DNA of 64,000 bases from Nitrospirales bacterium (GTDB lineage: Bacteria; Nitrospirota; Nitrospiria; Nitrospirales; UBA8639), in assembly GCA_965212625.1 (NCBI GenBank), contig OZ243124.1, positions 2,007,898-2,071,897 on the forward strand, read 5' to 3'. Under the pieces are notes generated by a model that had not been told where the DNA came from, did not search any database, and was given only the letters and a program-made list of their open reading frames with translations. The position numbers and the translations under genes were made by a program. Below are positions 27,510 through 34,972 of this stretch, one piece after another; the first letter of the stretch is position 1, and each line of letters opens with the position of its first letter.

Positions 27510-28046
27510 TCATTCTCTTCTTCGGCGGGGTCGGGCTCGTCTCCGTTCTCTCCGGCTTTGTGTAGGGCACGGCATGGCCGCGTCGGCCGTGCCGTGGTTT
27601 GGCTCGTCCTGCTTTGTCTGGTCTTGGCGCGTCGGCCGTGCTGTTTCAAGCGCGTAGGGTCGAAGCTTTTTGCGTAGTTCTTTGGAAGGGTTGGCGGTGG
27701 TATACTTGCCGCCCTTCAGCCACGATTCCGACTTCTTCCAAGCGTCAGGCGCGAACTCCAGCAGTGTATCGTGGGGCACGAGATACCAGACTCCCTCAAT
27801 GGGGAAGTTCATCCATATCTCTTTCCCTTCATACTTTTTGTCTATTCCCAGGCGGCTTTTCAGTTGGACCTTGAGGGTTGTGTCTGCATCCTTGTGGTAT
27901 GCGAGAAAATCGGCGCCTTGCCAGTCGTCCGCCAGCTTGATGCAGTTGAATCCATATTCGGCGAGGACGGCTGCGGATTTCTGAAAATTGTATATTTCCT
28001 TCTGTCTCGCACTCAGTTTCTTAAATTCGACCCGACGCAGCTTCAT
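27510..28046 (-). CDS. Small hypothetical protein, possible PD-(D/E)xK nuclease fold
   Basis: MKLRRVEFKK... with GADFLAY-x13-LKVQLKS, a D...(Q/E)xK-like pattern. The arginine-rich C-terminal tail looks non-native, and the upstream extension to 28133 lies in repeat-derived sequence. Confidence 0.35.
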   Translation of the reverse strand: MKLRRVEFKKLSARQKEIYNFQKSAAVLAEYGFNCIKLADDWQGADFLAYHKDADTTLKVQLKSRLGIDKKYEGKEIWMNFPIEGVWYLVPHDTLLEFAPDAWKKSESWLKGGKYTTANPSKELRKKLRPYALETARPTRQDQTKQDEPNHGTADAAMPCPTQSRRERRRARPRRRRE

Positions 28047-28169
28047 GCCCGTTGCCTCTGCGCCGCCGCCGGCACCATCGGCACCGCCGGAAGAAGCCGG
28101 CACATGGGAAGATGATTGCTTTGAGTTTGCCAAGTCTTCTTCCTGTCTCGTCCTGGGAAAGGGAGAGAG

Positions 28170-28198
28170 ATTGTGAAAGAGCCGTGAGCCGATGTCAA
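28170..28198 (-). promoter_or_regulatory. Candidate promoter (TTGACA-17-CACAAT) inside duplicated cassette copy A
   Basis: The homologous element at 32904-32932 is TTGACA-17-CAACAT. Confidence 0.4.
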
Positions 28199-28279
28199 CC
28201 GGTTGGCAGCCGATTTTCGACGGGTCGAGACCGCGGTCGGGCTTTGATCACCTTGAGACCGTTTGACTCTTCGGACCGT

Positions 28280-28308
28280 TTGACTCTTCGCCGTCAACGG
28301 CATTTAAT
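28280..28308 (+). promoter_or_regulatory. Candidate promoter (TTGACT-17-TTTAAT) for recQ
   Basis: The -35-containing 18-mer gaccgtttgactcttcg is tandemly duplicated here. Homologous to 25965-25993. Confidence 0.4.
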
Positions 28309-28346
28309 TCGGCGTGTCCGTAAAACAAGCAAGAGGAAAAGACGAA

Positions 28347-29873
28347 GTGAAGTACGATTCCCATCGAGCTCGCGCATTACTGAAGTCCGGCACCGGCCGA
28401 CCTGATGCCGCGTTCCGGGAGGGACAGGAAGAGGCTATTCGCCGTCTCGTGGAAGGACGCGGTCGCCTTCTCGTTGTCCAGAAAACCGGTTGGGGCAAGA
28501 GCGTTGTGTACTTCATTGCGGCCAAACTCCTGCGTGAAGCCAGAGAGGGTCCCGCGCTTCTCGTCTCCCCACTGCTTGCGTTGATGCGGAACTAGATCGC
28601 CGCCGCGGAGCGGATGGGGATTCACGCAATCCGTATCGCTTCCGACAACCAGGATGACTGGAAGGTCGGAGAAGAAGAGGTGCGATGCGGCAAGGCGGAC
28701 GTCCTGCTCATTTCCCCCGAGCGACTTGGCAACGAACGCTTCCGTACCGAGGTGTTGGCGGAAGTTGCCGAACGCATCAGCCTGCTGGTCATTGACGAAG
28801 CCCACTGCATCTCGGATTGGGGACACGATTTCAGGCCCGACTACCGGCGGATCGAACGGATCGCCCGCGACCTTCCGGCGAACCTCCGCCTTCTCGCCAC
28901 CACCGCGACCGCAAACGATCGGGTGATGGACGATCTCGCCGCGGTGCTTGGCCCCGGCCTGGAGGTGCTTCGCGGCGATCTCGACCGGCCGTCGCTCATG
29001 CTCCGGACGATACGATTACCTCGGCAGTCGCAACGGTTGGGGTGGCTTGCGGAGCAGCTTCCCGCGTTGCCCGGCTGCGGAATCATCTACACGCTCACCG
29101 TCCGGGATGCGATTCAGGTGGCGGAATGGCTCCGGTCACGAGGACTGGCCGTGGAATCCTATACGGGACAAACCGGAGACCGGCGCGAGGCCCTTGAACG
29201 GTCGTTGCTTGAGAATCGCGTGAAGGCGCTGGTCGCGACGACCGCGCTGGGAATGGGCTTCGACAAACCGGATCTCGGCTTCGTGATCCACTACCAGACC
29301 CCGGGATCGGTCGTGGCTTATTACCAGCAGGTGGGCCGTGCCGGTCGTGCGCTTGACGTGGCCTATGGCGTGCTGTTGAGCGGCGAGGAAGAGACCGACA
29401 TCACGGATTACTTCATTGCCAGTGCGTTCCCGACCCGTGATGAAGTTCGGCAGGTGATCGAAGCGCTCGAAGCCGCACCGAGCGGCCTGTCCGTCCCGGA
29501 TCTGCTCGGAAGCATCAATCTCAGCCGTGGACGCATCGAGAAGACGATAGCACTGCTCTCACTCGAATCACCGGCGCCCATCGCAAAACAAGGGACCACG
29601 TGGCAGTTGACCGCCGCAAACCTGAGCGACGAATTCTGGGAGCGGGCGGAGCGCCTGACCACCCTGCGGCATGAGGAGCAGCGCCAGATGCAGGAGTACG
29701 TGAGGCTCGAATCCGGACACATGGAGTTTCTCATCCGGGCGCTGGATGGAGATCCGGGAACCGTTCGCCCGCCGGACCTGCCGCCGCTGCCTACGGAGGT
29801 CGATCCGAGGCTCTTGCAGGAGGCGGTCACGTTCCTCCGCCGTACCAGTATACGACGTCAAGCAGAATGTTAA
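28347..29873 (+). pseudogene. recQ: RecQ-family helicase, helicase part of a RecQ-PRTase fusion, interrupted by an in-frame TAG and a MITE
   Basis: FREGQEEAI, VVQKTGWGKSVVY (motif I), VSPLLALMRN*IAAAERMGI (TAG 28593-28595 where RecQ has Q), LLVIDEAHCISDWGHDFRP (DEAH), LATTATA, VATTALGMGFDKPD, QQVGRAGR. Both ORFs are in the same frame. Confidence 0.8.
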
Positions 29874-29977
29874 AATGAGAATAGAAACAAGCGAAAACGC
29901 CTTTATTTGCAAGGCATTCACGATTATTCACAAATATTTCTCAAAATCGCAATTAACATTTTGATTGACGTCCTATA
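29849..29977. mobile_element. MITE-like insertion, 129 bp, AT-rich, ~25-bp terminal inverted repeats, 5-bp target-site duplication ACCAG
   Basis: Left end is tatacgacgtcaagcagaatgttaa. The reverse complement of the right end is tataggacgtcaatcaaaatgttaa, giving 22 of 25 matches. ACCAG is present at 29844-29848 and 29978-29982. Confidence 0.8.
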
Positions 29978-29983
29978 ACCAGC

Positions 29984-30559
29984 TTGCCCATCGAACCGCG
30001 CAAGCAATGGCCGGCTGGCGGTATGCCGCAATACGGAGTGCGGCGCAGATTGATCCCCGCGGAGCACCGGGCCGAGACCGGAAAGGCGCTCTGCGTCTGG
30101 GGCGACGCCGGCTGGGGCGGGCTCGTTCGGCGTGGCAAATGCCATGACGGCCGATTCGCGGATGATCTCGTCCGCGCCTGTGCTGCGCTGATGGCCCAAT
30201 GGACCCCGCGGCCGGCGCCCGAATGGGTGACCTGCATTCCGTCACGACGGCAGCCGAATCTCGTCCCGGATTTCGCCGGACGCTTGGCGACGGAGATGGG
30301 CCTGCCGTTCCATCGCTCGCTTTCGAAGGTCAAGGACCGTGCCGAGCAGAAGTCGATGGCGAACAGCGTCCGGCAGGCGCGTAACGTGGACGGCTCGATC
30401 GCGATCTCTACGGGACCGTTGCCGGGTGGGTCGGTCCTCCTGGTGGACGACGTGGTGGACTCGCGCTGGACGTTGACGGTCGCTGCATGGTTGCTGCGAT
30501 CCAACGGCTGCGGACACGTCTGGCCCCTCGCCCTTGCCTTTGCAGGCCATGACCAATGA
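29984..30559 (+). CDS. ComF-like phosphoribosyltransferase domain ORF (3' part of the MITE-split recQ-PRTase gene)
   Basis: [22 protein letters not shown] and the PRPP-loop-like [16 protein letters not shown] start only. The frame is continuous with recQ once the MITE and one TSD copy are removed. Confidence 0.6.
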   Translation: MPIEPRKQWPAGGMPQYGVRRRLIPAEHRAETGKALCVWGDAGWGGLVRRGKCHDGRFADDLVRACAALMAQWTPRPAPEWVTCIPSRRQPNLVPDFAGRLATEMGLPFHRSLSKVKDRAEQKSMANSVRQARNVDGSIAISTGPLPGGSVLLVDDVVDSRWTLTVAAWLLRSNGCGHVWPLALAFAGHDQ

Positions 30560-31878
30560 ACACTGAACTTTCTCTGAACACGCAGGCGATGCTGCTGCTG
30601 ACCGCGCCGCTGATCGTCGGGCGGAGTCAGTCCGCCGTCAGCCCTCTGACTGCCCGCGAGTATAACGGTCTTGAACAATGGCTTCGAGAGCGACGGCGCG
30701 ACCCCACCGACTTGTTGGACACCGGAGCGAACGTGGCGTTGAAAGATTGCCGTCTCGGCTTGGATCATGAACGGATAGAACGTCTGCTCGGACGAGGCTT
30801 CCTCCTCAGTCAGGCGGTGGACCGTTGGCGAACGCGAGCGATCTGGGTCGTGAGTCGAGCCGATACAGACTACCCGCGATGCCTGAAAAAGCGTCTTGGT
30901 GATCATACGCCTCCGGTGCTCTACGGCTGTGGCGATGTCACGCTCCTGGAGACCGGCGGTCTGGCGGTCGTCGGCTCCCGGAACGTGGACGATCGACTGA
31001 TAGAATACACCGAGGGCGTGGGGCGGCTCACTGCCGAGGCGCGATGCACGCTGGTATCGGGAGGTGCCCGAGGCGTTGATCAGGCCGCGATGCGCGGGGC
31101 GCTGGAAGCAGGCGGAAGGGTGGTAGGAGTTCTAGCCGACGGTCTCGAAAAGGCCGTGATGCACCGGGAGCACCGCGAAACGTTGATGGACGGTCGGTTG
31201 ACGTTGATTTGTCCATACGATCCCGCTGCCGGTTTCCACGTCGGGCGTGCCATGGAACGTAACAAGCTAATCTACGCGCTATCGGATGCGGCCCTGGTCG
31301 TGAGCTCGGACTACGAGAAAGGAGGCACATGGACCGGAGCCGTGGAGCAACTGGATAAGCTCAAGTTCGTTCCAGTGTACGTCCGTACCAATGACGAGAG
31401 GAATAAGGGTCTTGACGGACTTCGGAAACGAGGTGCTCAACCGTGGCCGAATCCACGTGCTTCGGAAGTTCTCGAAGACATTCTGAAGGGACCATCACTC
31501 GTGGAAGGGATCACGTTGAAGCAAGAGATTCTTCCGCTCAGTGTCCAAGAAGAACGGATGCCGTCTGAGCACGATCGGCAGGTCAAGGCAACAACTTCGG
31601 AAGCCGTGCCTGACGTTCGCGTTGCGGTCACTCCTGGACCCGCGGACGAGTTGCTTGATAAGGTCGGAGATATCCTGAAACGAGCGTGCATGGATGTGCC
31701 TAAGACCGAAACTGAAGTAGCAGAAGCCCTTGACGTCTCGAGACCTCAGGCTCGAGATTGGCTGAAACGCCTGGTCGCCGGAGGCGTCCTTGAAAAACTC
31801 CCTCGGCGGCCGGCCAGATATCGCGCCGTTGGCTCCGCAAGCCCTCTGTTCGATCACGCTGCACTAGACAAACGGTGA
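30556..31878 (+). CDS. DprA/Smf-like (SLOG Rossmann) protein with C-terminal winged HTH
   Basis: ATGA overlap with the PRTase stop. [67 protein letters not shown]-terminus [22 protein letters not shown]. Confidence 0.65.
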   Translation: MNTELSLNTQAMLLLTAPLIVGRSQSAVSPLTAREYNGLEQWLRERRRDPTDLLDTGANVALKDCRLGLDHERIERLLGRGFLLSQAVDRWRTRAIWVVSRADTDYPRCLKKRLGDHTPPVLYGCGDVTLLETGGLAVVGSRNVDDRLIEYTEGVGRLTAEARCTLVSGGARGVDQAAMRGALEAGGRVVGVLADGLEKAVMHREHRETLMDGRLTLICPYDPAAGFHVGRAMERNKLIYALSDAALVVSSDYEKGGTWTGAVEQLDKLKFVPVYVRTNDERNKGLDGLRKRGAQPWPNPRASEVLEDILKGPSLVEGITLKQEILPLSVQEERMPSEHDRQVKATTSEAVPDVRVAVTPGPADELLDKVGDILKRACMDVPKTETEVAEALDVSRPQARDWLKRLVAGGVLEKLPRRPARYRAVGSASPLFDHAALDKR

Positions 31879-32833
31879 GAGTGTTCTTGTGCTTCGTTTG
31901 AGAAACCGCCCGGACGTGAAATATGAAGGAACGCAGAAATCCCTGATTTCTTGACAGGATACGCGCTTGCTGCCGCGACCGGCCCGCGGATCGGCCCCCG
32001 TGAACAATTGAGTACGTCATGCGACGAACGTGAGCCGGCAGGTGTTCATTGTAGCCCTCCCAGTCGGCGTATTGCGGAAGTTTCAAGTCACGCGGCCACG
32101 TTTCCATGCTGGCCATCACCTGCATTGGCCCACCGGCCTCCATGGCCTTGCGAATTTCGCCGTTCACCAAGTTGAATAAATCACTCATGAACTTCACGTT
32201 CTCGTCAACGATTGCCACGGAGGCGTCCGCCGAGTGGGCGTTCACCGCGTGGCGCAGGTCTTTCTTTTGCAACTCCTTCAACATCCGGAGGATGGCCAGG
32301 TAGTTGGCGTCGTCCATCCACTTCCCCGGCGTCAGCGCGCGGCGTTCATAGAGGTCGGCGGTAAACGCGATGCGCTCCTCGGGCAAATGCACCACGATGG
32401 AGGCGAACCCGTCGCCCGGACCATAGTAGTGCAGGTCCACCGGTGGCCCGCGAAAGTCCACCCGCAGAGAGTCGGTGAACGTCACGACCACTTTTTCAGG
32501 AGCTACTCCCCCCACATCCAGGTCGAACACGGCTTGGCATGCGGCGTGGCAGATCACCTGAGCCTCGGGGAAGACTCCGGTGCCGCCCACGTGGTCGTAG
32601 TGTTCGTGGGACAGGACGATTCTCGTGACGGGCTTGTCGGTGATGTCGGCGATGGCACGTTTCAGCGACTGGGCCCGTCCCGGAAACGCAGGGTCGGTGA
32701 TCAGCACCCCGTCTTCGCCCACCACCACCAGGCTGGTATAGTGGAACTCGCTCATCATGTACACGTTGTCGGTGAGTCGCTTCACCGTCGGCACCGCCGG
32801 CACCATCGGCACCGCCGGAAGAAGCCGGCACAT
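31700..32833 (-). CDS. MBL-fold metallo-hydrolase; the native 3' end is apparently lost
   Basis: [10 protein letters not shown]...[24 protein letters not shown] (HxHxDH). After ...YSIVHGG the frame reads ~90 low-complexity codons through a repeat junction and antisense into the dprA-like gene. Confidence 0.6.
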   Translation of the reverse strand: MCRLLPAVPMVPAVPTVKRLTDNVYMMSEFHYTSLVVVGEDGVLITDPAFPGRAQSLKRAIADITDKPVTRIVLSHEHYDHVGGTGVFPEAQVICHAACQAVFDLDVGGVAPEKVVVTFTDSLRVDFRGPPVDLHYYGPGDGFASIVVHLPEERIAFTADLYERRALTPGKWMDDANYLAILRMLKELQKKDLRHAVNAHSADASVAIVDENVKFMSDLFNLVNGEIRKAMEAGGPMQVMASMETWPRDLKLPQYADWEGYNEHLPAHVRRMTYSIVHGGRSAGRSRQQARILSRNQGFLRSFIFHVRAVSQTKHKNTLTVCLVQRDRTEGLRSQRRDIWPAAEGVFQGRLRRPGVSANLEPEVSRRQGLLLLQFRS

Positions 32834-32903
32834 GGGAAAATGATTGCTTTGAGTTTGCCAAGTCTTATTTTTCTCTACTATCTCGTCTTGGTAAAGGGAC
32901 GGG

Positions 32904-32932
32904 ATGTTGAAGGAACAATGAGCCTATGTCAA
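32904..32932 (-). promoter_or_regulatory. Candidate promoter (TTGACA-17-CAACAT) inside duplicated cassette copy B
   Basis: Homologous to 28170-28198. Confidence 0.4.
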
Positions 32933-33069
32933 CCAGTTGGCATCCGATTTTCGACGGGTCGAGACCGTGGTCATCGTGCCGTCAACGGCATCAAATTCGA
33001 CCTCTTCATTTGACATTTTTTGCAACGACGCCCTAGCTTCGTTTCGAGAAAGTAAAAGGAATCTGAAGA

Positions 33070-34635
33070 ATGATAAAGGAAGATACGGGAACAAAGGAGA
33101 TTTTTAATCGCACCGAAGCCGCGGCGTTTATTCGCGTAAGCGAAAAGACGCTTGGAGAGATGGCCAGAACCCGACGGATTCCATCACAGAAGGTCGGCCG
33201 GGAGTGGCGCTTTTTACGTCGCGCACTGGAAGCGTGGCTGGTCGGAGCAGGAATTCGTGATGACGCCGGACGAACGGACGTTGTCGCCCACGACCGGCCG
33301 GGCGTCGCCGAATCGGTGTTGCAATACGAACTGCCGCTTTCGAACGTTCGCGATACGGCTTTTTCAGAGAACCACGACTGTACCGTGCATCGCTGGGTGC
33401 CCTGGATCGCTGGATTCTCCGGGTCGTTTGTTGCCGGCGTGCTTGAAGGCGTGAAACGCAAGCGCCGGAAGTTGCGGGTGTTGGACCCGTTTGCCAGCGT
33501 CGGGACGACGTTGATCGAAGCCCTCAAGCAGGAATGCGACGCGGTCGGATTTGAGATCAATCCGTACGCGGCGCTGGCATGTAAGGCAAAGGTCCAAGCT
33601 GCTCACTACGATGCTGAGATGCTGGCGGCAACGCTCGACCGTTTCGAAGAATACGGCGAGGAAAAATTGTCGTTCAACGAGAAGGCCGCGTCTCTTCCTC
33701 CCTGGGGATTTTCAAGCCGGGTCCCGTTTTTCAGCCAGGAAGTGGAACGGCAAGTCCTGACCTGTCAGGATTTTATTGCGCAAGAAACGACGGGTTGGGT
33801 CACGGACTTGTTTCAGGTGGCGTTCGGCGCCGTCATGGTGAGTTTCTCAAACTACTCGTATGAGCCGAGCCTTGGGACGCGGGCCGGCGTTGGAAAGCCC
33901 AATATCGATCGTGCCGACGTGTTCAGCATTGTGAAGCGCAAGCTCCGGGACATGCACGAGGATATCGTCACGTTTCAACGGTGGATGACCAAGCACAAGC
34001 GGATGCCGCGAACGAAGGTGTATCCCCTGTCGTATTTGGACCATGCCCGGCGGATCACCCCGCACAGTATCGACGTGCTCATTACCTCACCTCCGTATCT
34101 CAACAACTATCATTACGTTCGCAACACGCGGCCGCATCTGTTCTGGCTCGGGATGGTACGCACGTCGTCCGATCTGAAGACCATTGAACGCAAGAGCTTT
34201 GGTCAATTTTGGCAGACGGTTCGGTCTGGGCCGGAGATTACGTTACGGCCGCCCCTGCCCCATCTGGCCGAACAACTTGAAGACCTCAGAGCGCGTCATG
34301 CAGAGAAAGGTGCCTATGGCGGGCGAGGGTGGGCAAACTACGTTGCGGCCTACTTTAACGATTGTCAACGCTTTTGCGCTCTCACGCGGACTCGTATGCG
34401 GCCCGGGGGAAAGGTTGTCGTTGTCATCGGCAACAACGTTCTGCAAGGCATGGAGTTTCAAACGGACAAGCTGTTTGCCGAAATTGCGGAACACGAGGGT
34501 TTTGGGGTCGTCGCGCTGCATGAAGTACGTAAAAAGCGCACGGGCAACGGCATCGTGAATTCGTCGGTCAGAATCGGGACGGTGACACAACCAACGCGCT
34601 TATACGAAACCGCGGTGGAACTTTGGTCGCCGTAA
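33070..34635 (+). CDS. Excisionase-type HTH fused to an N6/N4 DNA amino-methyltransferase (orphan)
   Basis: N-terminus NRTEAAAFIRVSEKTLGEMARTRRIPSQKVGREWRF. Motif I VLDPFASVGTTLIEA, motif IV VLITSPPYLNNY. No nuclease partner is visible. Confidence 0.65.
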   Translation: MIKEDTGTKEIFNRTEAAAFIRVSEKTLGEMARTRRIPSQKVGREWRFLRRALEAWLVGAGIRDDAGRTDVVAHDRPGVAESVLQYELPLSNVRDTAFSENHDCTVHRWVPWIAGFSGSFVAGVLEGVKRKRRKLRVLDPFASVGTTLIEALKQECDAVGFEINPYAALACKAKVQAAHYDAEMLAATLDRFEEYGEEKLSFNEKAASLPPWGFSSRVPFFSQEVERQVLTCQDFIAQETTGWVTDLFQVAFGAVMVSFSNYSYEPSLGTRAGVGKPNIDRADVFSIVKRKLRDMHEDIVTFQRWMTKHKRMPRTKVYPLSYLDHARRITPHSIDVLITSPPYLNNYHYVRNTRPHLFWLGMVRTSSDLKTIERKSFGQFWQTVRSGPEITLRPPLPHLAEQLEDLRARHAEKGAYGGRGWANYVAAYFNDCQRFCALTRTRMRPGGKVVVVIGNNVLQGMEFQTDKLFAEIAEHEGFGVVALHEVRKKRTGNGIVNSSVRIGTVTQPTRLYETAVELWSP

Positions 34636-34866
34636 GTCATCGCGCCCGGGTATCAAAAAGCCGGACGATCTGATTGGCCGTCTCCGCGGCATGGAGTTTC
34701 TGACGTGAAGGGATGGGAATTGCGTGAAAGGAGTGGATATGGAAAAAACAGGCTCCGGCGTTTGTCAGAACGTCAAACTGAGGTGGCGGCACAACTACGG
34801 AACGCAGGAATCCCGGATTTCTTGACAGGATGCAAGAGGCTTCTCTAGCATGTTTCGTTCGTGATA

Positions 34867-34940
34867 GGCGCGTAGCTCAGGGGGAGAGCGCTACCTTGAC
34901 ACGGTAGAGGTCGGCGGTTCAATACCGCCCGCGCCTACCA
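34867..34940 (+). tRNA. tRNA-Val (GAC), CCA encoded
   Basis: Cloverleaf read by eye: acceptor GGCGCGU/GCGCGCC, anticodon arm CUACC-UUGACAC-GGUAG, T arm GGCGG-UUCAAUA-CCGCC. Confidence 0.9.
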
Positions 34941-34972
34941 TGAGTATCCACGTGAGGGTCGGAGGGGGAGTC

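Noticed and set aside
27261-27657. ORFs 27250-27657 +, 27383-27565 + (hydrophobic 60 aa) and 27160-27570 - in the gap after the GHKL gene
   Set aside because: They mutually overlap, have no motifs or RBS, and partly cover the doubtful C-terminal tail of the minus-strand gene. There is insufficient support for any of them.
28593-28595. TAG in recQ as programmed recoding (pyrrolysine or read-through)
   Set aside because: No pyl genes or PYLIS-like context are visible. The codon replaces a universally conserved Gln via a one-base change, and the gene carries a second disruptive lesion. A plain nonsense mutation or sequencing error is far more likely.
1-34866. The whole left half as a single integrative element at tRNA-Val (or tRNA-Gln)
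   Set aside because: No integrase, recombinase or transposase gene and no att-like duplication of a tRNA 3' end is visible in the window. The region looks like a mosaic defence island built by many small events rather than one element.
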